Source: Parcubacteria group bacterium GW2011_GWA2_42_14 (GTDB lineage Bacteria > Patescibacteriota > Minisyncoccia > Sungbacterales > GWA2-42-14). Taken from it: a stretch of DNA of 64,000 nt. Positions 1 to 8,140 of the stretch are shown here, piece by piece (positions within the stretch are counted from its first letter, which is position 1; each line of letters begins with the position of its first letter). Position numbers and translations under genes: made by a program. Under the pieces are notes generated by a model. The model did no database searches, was not told the origin of the DNA, and saw nothing but the letters and a program-made list of their open reading frames with translations. The DNA lies in the NCBI GenBank assembly GCA_000998135.1, contig LCCV01000001.1, forward strand, positions 72,958 to 136,957, read 5' to 3'.

Positions 1-182
1 CTGGCCTTATCCACCGGCTTATGGTCCAACTGCATTGATTCAAGGACCATTTCAAAATCAGTCGTTTTACCCTTAATATGAATGTTGTCGCCGTGTTCCA
101 GGCCTTCGTCTGAAATTTTTACCACAGCAACTCCTATTTTGTCATAATAATGCAAAACTTTTCCCGCTTCTTTTTCTTCCAT
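1..182 (-). CDS. Small EF-Tu domain-2-like / U32 peptidase C-terminal-like beta-barrel protein (3' end outside window)
   Basis: Not in ORF track; read by hand from ATG 182: MEEKEAGKVLHYYDKIGVAVVKISDEGLEHGDNIHIKGKTTDFEMVLESMQLDHKPVDKA; GKVxHYYxKIGVA and SMQ.DH motifs. Confidence 0.75.
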   Translation of the reverse strand, partial: MEEKEAGKVLHYYDKIGVAVVKISDEGLEHGDNIHIKGKTTDFEMVLESMQLDHKPVDKA

Positions 183-190
183 GTTTTTAC

Positions 191-279
191 ATCTCTAATC
201 AATCGCTAATTTTATTCGCGAATAGTTCGACAAGCTCACCACAGGCATTCGCGGAATAATTCGAGATTGATTAGTGATA
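191..279. repeat. ATCTCTAATC-type hairpin with nested GTTCGACAAGCTCACCACAGG unit
   Basis: Near-identical inverted copy at 47461-47549; related copy without the nested unit at 58506-58590. Confidence 0.8.
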
Positions 280-1035
280 TTATATCTCTATAACTTTTTC
301 TTTTTTCACCAATTCTAAAACTTTTTCCACTAGTATTTTGGGGTCGGAATCATAAACTATTTTTCCTTCACCTCTGCGCGCTTTATCAACTATATTCTTA
401 ATCTCATCGGCAATACCCCCGGTTCCGGTCAAAACCCCGATGGGCTTATTATCTTCAAAAGCAATGGTAAATTCATTAAGGGTCCCCATACGCCCGCAGG
501 TAATTATTACGGCGTCGGCAGCGCGCGTCAACAAAAGATTTCTCCCCGAATAACCAAACCCGGTATAAACAATCAAGTCATGATAATCAACCGGGAGATT
601 ATAGGTCTTAATATGGTCAAACTCGTTATAAGCCGGGGACAAGCCGATTACAATTCCACCTTCTTCTTTGGCGCCAATTGCGGCCCAAAAAGGAGAGCCG
701 GTTGTGGCTCCGGTTACCAATACCGAATTATGCCTGGCAATTTCCCTGCCAAGTTCTTTGGTTATCTCCAAAGCACTAGAAACGCAGTGTCCGGTTTCCG
801 CCGCGCCCGATACGGCAATTTTAAATTTTAGATGTGTGTGGGGAGTTGGCTTTATAAATTTGTCTAAATTTTGAGGTCCGATTGCGCCAGGACCGAAAAA
901 ATTTAGGTATAAATTTATAACCCAGCACCAATTCTAAATAAAATCTATTGCATGGCTTTATGTAAGCCGCAGGCGATACCGCGGAAGAAGCTATTGCAGA
1001 TATTATTGCTTTTCCGGAATTCGGTGCTGGGTCAT
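280..1035 (-). CDS. LOG family / TIGR00725-like nucleotide-binding protein; 5' end interrupted by a 180-nt double-hairpin element (852-1031)
   Basis: Motifs TGATTG, GxGYSGRN and GRMGTLNE. The conserved N-terminal strand FKIAVSGAAETGHC lies upstream of the ORF-track TTG (771). The nearest in-frame ATG is at 1035, with stops in between. Confidence 0.8.
852..1031 (-). mobile_element. Composite hairpin element A+B, copy 1 (MITE- or intron-like)
   Basis: A = 921-1031, ends CCCAGCACC..GGTGCTGGG, internal TGTAAGCCGCAGGCGATACCGCG. B = 852-920, hairpin TTATAAATTT..AAATTTATAA. Confidence 0.7.
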
Positions 1036-1085
1036 TTATTAAGTTTCAATATTTTTATTATATCTTATTTAAATCCTTTCCACAC

Positions 1086-1114
1086 TTGACAAATGCTTAA
1101 AAACCTATTATTAT
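1086..1114 (+). promoter_or_regulatory. sigma70 promoter for the MBOAT-like gene
   Basis: TTGACA-17nt-TATTAT, followed by boxA-like GCTCTTTGAC at 1125-1134. Confidence 0.65.
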
Positions 1115-1157
1115 AAATTTAACGGCTCTTTGACCCAAACCCAAAAGGAATAAAAAA

Positions 1158-1574
1158 ATGAGGGGATTATCCGGATACTCTAAACGGGGAATTTTGGGAA
1201 ATTTTTGGCAAGCCACAAGTCCGGCTGATTTCTGGAGCAAATGGAATCCGGGTGTGCACAATGGTTTTGTCATGTTTTTAAAGGGCTGGGCTAGGTTATT
1301 TGGTAAAAAAGCTATATTTTTGGCGGTCCCTTTCATTTTCCTTGTAAACGGATTATTTCACGACATAATAATTGTCCGGATAATTTCCGGAAATGACGGG
1401 TTCCCTTTTACCATGTTCTTTTCACTAAATTTAATAGTGGTATTAATTGAGAGAGGAATCAGAAAGATAACCCGAACAAAACTATTATTGCCGATTCCCA
1501 ATATCTTTAAAACACTTTTAACCTTTGTTTTGCTTGTAATTTTGTGGAAGATATCTATGTTTATTGCGAATTAG
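1158..1574 (+). CDS. Short MBOAT / wax-synthase-domain membrane protein
   Basis: SPADFWSKWN and GLFHD motifs; hydrophobic; only 138 aa. Confidence 0.7.
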   Translation: MRGLSGYSKRGILGNFWQATSPADFWSKWNPGVHNGFVMFLKGWARLFGKKAIFLAVPFIFLVNGLFHDIIIVRIISGNDGFPFTMFFSLNLIVVLIERGIRKITRTKLLLPIPNIFKTLLTFVLLVILWKISMFIAN

Positions 1575-1650
1575 ATGCCGGACACGATTCATTCGCAACC
1601 GGCTATTTTATTTTTGACTTCTTATTCCAAAATATGCTATCCTTAAATTT

Positions 1651-1932
1651 ATGAATACCCTTACTATCCCAAAAACGTTAACCCGGGGCGAAGAACTTAT
1701 TGTGATTCCTCGTAAAGAATATGAGGAGTTTTTGCGTTCAAAAAATGTAATAAGCCGTAATATTGTTGTAAAACGTTCGAAATCGTTCCGTGTTCCAAAA
1801 AAATACGAAAAATTTTATGATGAACTGGATAAAGAACTTACTAAGTCTCTAAAGGATTACTACGAAGGCAGGTATTACGGCCCTTTTGAAACAGCAAACG
1901 AACTTATTCAATCTTTACACCGTAAAAGATGA
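1651..1932 (+). CDS. Putative type II antitoxin
   Basis: ELIVIPRKEYEE N-terminus, GRYYGPFETANELI C-terminus; ATGA overlap with RelE-like gene. Confidence 0.7.
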   Translation: MNTLTIPKTLTRGEELIVIPRKEYEEFLRSKNVISRNIVVKRSKSFRVPKKYEKFYDELDKELTKSLKDYYEGRYYGPFETANELIQSLHRKR

Positions 1933-2174
1933 AGTCCCGCACCACCAAACAATTTGAAGAAAATTACGCCTCGTTGCTAAAATCTCTTCAAAAGAAAACC
2001 GATAAACAATTAAGGTTCCTTTTGGCCGACTTAAATCATCCGTCATTGCACGCCAAGAAATATGACGAATCAACAGATATTTGGCAAGCCCGAATTGATA
2101 AAAAATACCGCTTCTATTTCAAAATTGACGGCAACACATATATCTTGATAAAGATAAAAACCCATAAAGATTAA
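1929..2174 (+). CDS. RelE/ParE-family toxin
   Basis: HPSLHAKK and WQARIDKKYRFYF motifs. Confidence 0.75.
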   Translation: MKSRTTKQFEENYASLLKSLQKKTDKQLRFLLADLNHPSLHAKKYDESTDIWQARIDKKYRFYFKIDGNTYILIKIKTHKD

Positions 2175-2177
2175 CGC

Positions 2178-2209
2178 AATCGCCGCCTTTAAAGCGGCGA
2201 TTGTTTTTT
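2178..2209. terminator. Intrinsic terminator between convergent genes
   Basis: CAATCGCCGC-CTTTAAA-GCGGCGATTG followed by T-run. Confidence 0.75.
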
Positions 2210-2219
2210 AATCTTCTTA

Positions 2220-3578
2220 TCAAAGTTCGTGTTTCTCGCCAAATCTCGGCGCTTCCGCCCAAATACCGAAATTATCTTTTACCGTCTGCGCCAAACTCAT
2301 AGACGCGTCCGGCTCGCCCTGCACCACAAAAACTTTCTCCAATGAATCCTTTGTTTTGGCAATAAGATTGGTAAGTTCCAATTCATCCGCGTGCGCCGAA
2401 TAACCGTCAATAATACGGATTTCGGCTCGGACCTTCACCATCTGACCCCTGATTTTCACTTCTTTGGCATGGTCCAAAAGCCGCCTTCCCAAAGAACCGG
2501 CCGCCTGCCATCCTACAATCAATAAAATACTCGCCGGGTCAGGCAAATATCTTACGGCATGGTGCAAAATCCTTCCGCCTGTCATCATACCGGCTCCGGC
2601 CAAAACCATTTTAGGCGCCGGAACATTATTTATCTTTTTGGAGTCATCTTTGGACTCCACGAATTTCAAATGCTTGAAATCGAAAAGATGCTTATGCGCC
2701 CTTAAAAGCATTTTTATTTCATCCTTGTATAAATCCGGGTGGCGCTTAAAAACTTCGGTAACGCGGACAGCCAACGGAGAATCCAAAAACACCGGTATGT
2801 CGGGGATTCTTTTAAATTCCAGCATGGTGTTGATTTCAAATAAAACATCCTGAGTTCTTTCCGTGGCAAAAACCGGCATCATCAGCGTTCCCTTTCTTCT
2901 GGTAACATCCTCAATGGCGCGCTCCAGCATCATGGTTTTATCCATAGTATGCTTATGAATCCTGTTTCCATAAGCTGATTCAATAATCAAAATGCTGGCG
3001 TTGCGGATATCATCATGCAGGGGCAATAAAACGCTCGTGGTGGAGCCGACATCTCCGGTAAAAATTATGATTTTGCCGCCAATACTAAATTTTATAAATG
3101 AAGAACCGAGAATATGGCCGGAATTTAAAAGTTCAAAATAGCCCGCGTCTCCTATTTCAATTTTTTGGTAATAATCAACTTGCTGAAAAAGTTTTAATAC
3201 TCCGCGCACATCATCAATGGAATAAAGCGGTTCTTCTTTGTGAAATTTACATTCTTTTTCCATCAGCATAAGGGCATCGGTAAGCACGACCTCCATCAAA
3301 TCCTTGGTGGCAAGGGTTGAATAAATTTTTCCCCTGAATCCGTCGTGGTACAGCTTGGGAATACGGCCGATATGGTCAATATGCGCGTGAGTGACAATAA
3401 GTATTTCTATTAACTTAGGGTCAAAAGGAAAAGAATTTCGGTTTTTTTCATCGGCAAAACGCGAACCCTGAAAAAGCCCGCAATCCACAAGAATTTTGTG
3501 ACCGTCTATTTCCAGCAAATAACAAGCGCCAGTTACTTCCTGCGCCCCCCCAAAAAAAGATAGTGAAACATTTTTCAT
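2220..3578 (-). CDS. MBL-fold beta-CASP ribonuclease (Ysh1/YSH-like)
   Basis: GGAQEVTGAC, DCGLFQG, THAHIDHIG, GHILGS, ESAYG and SAHAD motifs; start set at MKNVSLSF. Confidence 0.92.
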   Translation of the reverse strand: MKNVSLSFFGGAQEVTGACYLLEIDGHKILVDCGLFQGSRFADEKNRNSFPFDPKLIEILIVTHAHIDHIGRIPKLYHDGFRGKIYSTLATKDLMEVVLTDALMLMEKECKFHKEEPLYSIDDVRGVLKLFQQVDYYQKIEIGDAGYFELLNSGHILGSSFIKFSIGGKIIIFTGDVGSTTSVLLPLHDDIRNASILIIESAYGNRIHKHTMDKTMMLERAIEDVTRRKGTLMMPVFATERTQDVLFEINTMLEFKRIPDIPVFLDSPLAVRVTEVFKRHPDLYKDEIKMLLRAHKHLFDFKHLKFVESKDDSKKINNVPAPKMVLAGAGMMTGGRILHHAVRYLPDPASILLIVGWQAAGSLGRRLLDHAKEVKIRGQMVKVRAEIRIIDGYSAHADELELTNLIAKTKDSLEKVFVVQGEPDASMSLAQTVKDNFGIWAEAPRFGEKHEL

Positions 3579-3605
3579 AACTTTACTAACTACAAATAAA
3601 TACAA

Positions 3606-3770
3606 ACTCATGACTTGGGTAGGCACATCTTGCCACTACCGAATGGAATATGACCATGACAGCAATATTTCTGAAGAAAAACGGGAGTTATGCGGTCAAT
3701 TCAGAGCCGATAAGGACCCCTTTTGCGTTGAGGTGGCATAAAGCGCCTACCCATGACTCATGAATACTTT
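3606..3770. ncRNA. Candidate structured RNA (long irregular hairpin of 6S-like size)
   Basis: CATGACTTGGGTAGGCAC..TGCCAC pairs with GTGGCA..GCGCCTACCCATGACTCATG. Confidence 0.35.
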
Positions 3771-3847
3771 AAGTATAAATGAAATTCGTACATTCGTAAA
3801 AATTCGTTCCAAACCCGCCCATTTCAAATTAAGATAATTCGTAAATG

Positions 3848-3871
3848 AAAAGGGCTCCGAAGAGCCCTCTA
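3848..3871 (-). terminator. Intrinsic terminator
   Basis: Minus strand AGGGCTC-TTCG-GAGCCCT-TTT. Confidence 0.65.
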
Positions 3872-4148
3872 TGAGAAAGAATAAGTGCTTTATATTTTAT
3901 AGCAAAGAACTAAGTATGTTTCTCGGCCTAAAAGGCCTTGAAACGCAAACGTATACGTCGTATATTAATTATAGCATATTTGGGGAAAGTAAAACAGGAG
4001 TTATCCACAGCGCACGTTCAAAAACATGCTTTTTGAAAACGCTCCAAATTACCAAATACTGCTTCGCTTCTTAAAAAATTTGATTTTTTACACCATATTT
4101 TATACAGATAGAATATCAGCTCTTTTAAATTTAAATACGGAAAACGGC

Positions 4149-5165
4149 ATGAAAGCAATACGCGTTTTACTATTAGTTTTAGCACTTGCTGGATGCGCGG
4201 TTTTATATAAACCTCCTCCTGATATAACGCCAAAAACAGTTAACTTCAAAGAAGAAATTCCGATATTCTCATACAAAAAGGTACCGCTTAACAAAACAAT
4301 AACGCCCGCCTGGAATTATGGCTCAAAAACGCATGACGTATTCAATTTATCTTTTGATTCGGCCATGCCTGGAGAATCAATCAAGGCGGAATATTGGAAA
4401 AACAAAGCCCCCGGAAGAAAAAAACTGATTATAGTTCTTCCCATTGCCGACAGTACGCGCTTTCCCGGAGAACACTATACCAACGTAATGACATCGTGGA
4501 ACGGCAATACCGAATTCAATGTGCTTTTACTTGAAGACACCAGAAAAATTTCCTGGCTGGAAGAATTAAGAAATTCCGAAGACGAAAAAGAATTTCTTGG
4601 ATGGATGCGCATCGTCTCAATCGCCATAAAAAATTATGTTGTTGACACAAGACGGCTGATTGACTGGGCGGAAACGCGGCAAGAATTAGATTCTTTAAAT
4701 ATCGGCATTATCGGCGCCTCCATCAGTTCCAATTTGGCCGCCTTAATTATGGCCGCCGATTCAAGAATTAAAGCCGGAGTGTTTGACAAAGGCGGAGGAA
4801 GTTTTGCCGATTTATTCAGCTATTCAAAACAGCAGGAACTTAAAGAAAGCCGGGAACTTGTCATGAAAAAATTCAGCTGGACGCGACAAAAATTTGATGA
4901 AAAAATCCGTCCGATTTTACAACCGGTTGAAGCAATTAATTGGGCCGGAAGAATTAATCCCCAAAAAGTTCTTTTCTTAAACGCCAAATATGATACCTGG
5001 ATTCCCAAATTTTCCATTGAAAATTTTTGGAACGCTTTGGGCAAGCCGGAACGGATAGAACATAAAACCGAACATAAAACCGCTTTTCTCTTGTCGCTGA
5101 CCCCTTTCGGAGGCCACTACGCTGATTTCAAAATTTTTAACCATTTCCAAAAAAATCTTCAATAA
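4149..5165 (+). CDS. Lipoprotein, alpha/beta hydrolase fold
   Basis: Signal peptide MKAIRVLLLVLALAGC (lipobox); nucleophile elbow GIIGASISS, Asp in NAKYD, His in TEH. Confidence 0.75.
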   Translation: MKAIRVLLLVLALAGCAVLYKPPPDITPKTVNFKEEIPIFSYKKVPLNKTITPAWNYGSKTHDVFNLSFDSAMPGESIKAEYWKNKAPGRKKLIIVLPIADSTRFPGEHYTNVMTSWNGNTEFNVLLLEDTRKISWLEELRNSEDEKEFLGWMRIVSIAIKNYVVDTRRLIDWAETRQELDSLNIGIIGASISSNLAALIMAADSRIKAGVFDKGGGSFADLFSYSKQQELKESRELVMKKFSWTRQKFDEKIRPILQPVEAINWAGRINPQKVLFLNAKYDTWIPKFSIENFWNALGKPERIEHKTEHKTAFLLSLTPFGGHYADFKIFNHFQKNLQ

Positions 5166-5319
5166 AAGTAGCACGACATCGTGCTATTTTTCAATATCTT
5201 TACGGGTTAGTGTATGAAGATTATGTCTTTGAAAAAGATACCTATCCAAAGCGGATTTTAGTTTTCTTGTATGGTAAACTCAGCAATATAAAAAGATGGC
5301 AGTTGCCACCCAAAATATT

Positions 5320-5670
5320 TTAGTCATAAAGAGAAACGAGCCGCCCTACTACAGTAGCGGTAAATTCTTTTGGAAACAGATAGGCCTGTTTGTAGCTTTG
5401 TGACGAATAATCGCGGTCATAGGGAAGGTGTTGTCTTTCTCCGACTGGTTTGCCGTGCTTTTCAACAAACTTCTGCAGTTTCACCGCTTGGTAGCGAGCG
5501 CGCCACACGCTCTTACCGCAAGAGAACTTCAAGTCAGCTGCATCATCGCGGTCGTGGCCCAACGGCATACCTCCACCCCCAAAATCATAGCGGTAATACC
5601 GCGTGAGAACTACCATGACCCCTATTGCCTGTTTCCGGGATTTTACGGTCTTTGCGCTCTTTGTTTTCAC
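5320..5670 (-). CDS. Hypothetical protein
   Basis: 116-aa ORF, GTG start with GAGGA upstream. Confidence 0.5.
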   Translation of the reverse strand: MKTKSAKTVKSRKQAIGVMVVLTRYYRYDFGGGGMPLGHDRDDAADLKFSCGKSVWRARYQAVKLQKFVEKHGKPVGERQHLPYDRDYSSQSYKQAYLFPKEFTATVVGRLVSLYD

Positions 5671-5824
5671 TTTCCGTTCCTCTCAATTCAATTGGGAAGT
5701 AGCTAATATAATTGGTTGCATAAAGATAAAAACTTGTCAAGCGGTTCCGATTTTTCTCTTTCTGCTTTTTGAGAAAATTTTCTACAATAAAAATTAGTAA
5801 AAAGAATCAAAACTGAATTAAAAA

Positions 5825-5896
5825 CGTCCCCACGGGGACTCGAACCTCGATTTCAGCCTTCGGAGGGCTGCGCTCTATCCATTGAGCTATGGGGAC
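5825..5896 (-). tRNA. tRNA-Arg(CCG); CCA not encoded
   Basis: GTCCCCATAGCTCAATGGATAGAGCGCAGCCCT-CCG-AAGGCTGAAATCGAGGTTCGAGTCCCCGTGGGGACG cloverleaf. Confidence 0.96.
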
Positions 5897-5936
5897 ATAT
5901 CTTAACCAACAACTTACAACATACAACCCGCAACAT

Positions 5937-5977
5937 AAAAAAGCAAAACCGAGTGTATTGAATACTCGGTTTTGCCC
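5937..5977 (-). terminator. Intrinsic terminator ending the 6783-5940 transcript
   Basis: GCAAAACCGAGT..ACTCGGTTTTGC followed by a U-run on the minus strand. Confidence 0.75.
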
Positions 5978-5979
5978 TT

Positions 5980-6250
5980 ATGAATAAATTCGATGGCTCA
6001 CGGGCGACCCTAGACCGATCCGCCACTGGCGGATTTAGGTCGGGCTTGCCTAACACATACAACCATCCAATGCCCAACAAAGTTACATTTTTATTGAGTA
6101 TTGGATAGCCCCGAACCCCATCGCCGGATACAGACCGCAAGACGCGGTCAATATAAGCGATTTAGGGTTCGGGTTTTCCGCGACTACTTGTCGCGGCTTT
6201 GGTCAGGGTGGCGCTGCTCCACATACTCCTTGGGAGTAACGACCTGACCG
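5980..6250 (-). ncRNA. Candidate multi-hairpin structured RNA
   Basis: Five consecutive GC-rich stem-loops, no credible ORF, ends at a terminator. Confidence 0.5.
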
Positions 6251-6255
6251 GTCTT

Positions 6256-6306
6256 TTAATCCACGGGCCGGCGGCGAAAATCAACGACGACTTTACGAGT
6301 TTTCAT
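6256..6306 (-). CDS. Putative 16-aa peptide MKTRKVVVDFRRRPVD
   Basis: AAAGGAGACCCTG-ATG, strong SD. Confidence 0.4.
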   Translation of the reverse strand: MKTRKVVVDFRRRPVD

Positions 6307-6331
6307 CAGGGTCTCCTTTTTTTTCGGTTTT

Positions 6332-6517
6332 TTAGCCGAACATCCGGCCGAACATCCGGTTTATTCCCCAAAGTTCGATCCCTAGCAACTCCGGGAAATA
6401 CTTCTCCGGTTTGCCTGGCCACCACGCCGGATTCTCCAAATTCTCCAAACCCTGTATGCTACCGCTCATCAGATTCCACTTACGGTGCTCCAGAATCAGG
6501 AAATCAGACCAGTACAT
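6332..6517 (-). CDS. Putative 61-aa Trp-rich small protein
   Basis: AAAGGAGGCGCCAG-ATG, strong SD; internal start of the ORF-track 113-aa frame. Confidence 0.5.
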   Translation of the reverse strand: MYWSDFLILEHRKWNLMSGSIQGLENLENPAWWPGKPEKYFPELLGIELWGINRMFGRMFG

Positions 6518-6789
6518 CTGGCGCCTCCTTTCTTTTTTGGTTTGCTTGTTTCCTGGCTCAAATGGGGCTCCTCCCCCACACCCAAAATGGCATAAAAAAT
6601 TGCTATAAAATATAGGAGAAAAGTGATTGCTTAAAATAATCTTTAACCTTTTGATTATTGCAGTTATAACCATTGGCTATAATGCCATTTTAAGTGTGGG
6701 GGGATTCGCCGAGGAGGGTCGGGAATCTCTTAAGAACCCCATTTGAACCAGGAAAATTGCGTATAAAAGAGCTTTTTCCTTATGTTTTC

Positions 6790-6818
6790 ATTATACACTA
6801 TTTTAAGAAGTTTGTCAA
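6790..6818 (-). promoter_or_regulatory. Consensus sigma70 promoter
   Basis: TTGACA-17nt-TATAAT, perfect match. Confidence 0.85.
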
Positions 6819-6869
6819 ATCCAAAAACAAAATAAAAGCTACGGAAAATCCGTAGCAAAATTTTAAATG

Positions 6870-7484
6870 TTATGGAATAAACAACCTTACAGGATTAACT
6901 GCGTTCAAAAGGAATTCAAGAACGTTGCCGCCGAATCTCTTATTCACGCCAGGCACGTTTTTATCTTTTACCCCGCCGAAATCATTGTTGTATAAAATCT
7001 TATCGCGACAAACAATATAATACTCTCCGTCAGGCCCCGTGGTCAAAAGGTCTTGTTTGTTAAAATAAACCGCTTGCTTATTCTTCTTGGGGTCGCGAAT
7101 CGGATAAACTACGGTATAGTATCTATTGAACTCGCTGGAAAATTTTTCAATATCTTCCGGTTTATCTAATTTGATTTGGGGATTATCAACTCCTAAAATA
7201 TATTTTAATCCTTTGTTCCCTGGCAACTGAATTACGTTTTTGGCATCCGGGTCAAAACCAGCATCCTTAAGTCCAACAGGACAAGACGTCTCTCCCACCT
7301 TAAGATTTTCTTTCGCTTTATTTATAGCCTCATCCGCGGTCATAAACAATCCGGTCATTTCAGTACTCTTTTCGAAATTGGTATTAATACTGCCGGCGGT
7401 ATTACCCACACCCTTCATGGTGGCACAACCGGAAATCAAAACCACAAACAGAGGAATAGCCAAAAACGCATGCTTCTGTCTCAT
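6870..7484 (-). CDS. Lipoprotein, unknown function
   Basis: Lipobox LISGC; SD AAGGAG. Confidence 0.75.
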   Translation of the reverse strand: MRQKHAFLAIPLFVVLISGCATMKGVGNTAGSINTNFEKSTEMTGLFMTADEAINKAKENLKVGETSCPVGLKDAGFDPDAKNVIQLPGNKGLKYILGVDNPQIKLDKPEDIEKFSSEFNRYYTVVYPIRDPKKNKQAVYFNKQDLLTTGPDGEYYIVCRDKILYNNDFGGVKDKNVPGVNKRFGGNVLEFLLNAVNPVRLFIP

Positions 7485-7606
7485 TTTTTACTCCTTTTTA
7501 GCACTTTTAGCGCTTTTCAAGGTTCACGTATTCTCACTGGTAAACTATTTTAAAAAAAAGTCAATACACTTTGGCATTGACATAAAAATTATTTATTGTA
7601 TAAAAT

Positions 7607-7780
7607 TTAGGGTGATTTTTCTGCTTTTGCTTCCTTTTTCCTAAAGCGCTCTGAAATTTCCCTTAATAATTCCTCAATTTTCTTTTCCGCCTCTTCTGTA
7701 TCCAAAAACTGCCGGCGGATTTCAGCTTTTTTTCTCCGCAAAAATTTGCGAATAGATTTTGGCAGTTTAGTTTTGGACAT
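7607..7780 (-). CDS. Small basic helical protein (57 aa)
   Basis: Not in ORF track; MSKTKLPKSIRKFLRRKKAEIRRQFLDTEEAEKKIEELLREISERFRKKEAKAEKSP. Confidence 0.65.
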   Translation of the reverse strand: MSKTKLPKSIRKFLRRKKAEIRRQFLDTEEAEKKIEELLREISERFRKKEAKAEKSP

Positions 7781-7843
7781 TACTAAACCTTGTAACGTAT
7801 AACATGAAACATGAATGTTCCATGATTAATGTTATATACTTTA

Positions 7844-8023
7844 TTATGACTTAATTACGACGACAAGTTTAAAATAGGCAACATTCTTGGCGGTTCCCGC
7901 CCCCTTAACAACCTTCATCGCTTCATCAACATCTTTATACGCCAACGGAGCTTCTTCGGCAAGTCCGAAAAAAATGCTGACCCTATGGCGTCTGGCCGAC
8001 GCCGGGCTATCCTTAACTATAAC
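7844..8023 (-). pseudogene. rtcB: 3' remnant of RtcB RNA ligase
   Basis: GLAEEAPLAYKDVDEAMKVVKGAGTAKNVAYFKLVVVIKS matches the RtcB C-terminal EEAPxAYK..VIKG; no start codon or N-terminal part. Confidence 0.75.
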
Positions 8024-8140
8024 TTACCAGGTGTTGCACTTACTTATTGAACTCGCCTTGCATAATGTTGATTTTCATTCCGGTTCATGGTACTTATTAT
8101 GCACCTGACAAGTTCGTTGAAATCCATAAAAAGGCGCTAA

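Noticed and set aside
5980-6330. RNase P RNA or tmRNA identity for the structured region
   Set aside because: No GAGGAAAGUCC / CGGCUUA P4 strands and no tRNA-like GGGG..UUCGA..CCACCA ends on either strand
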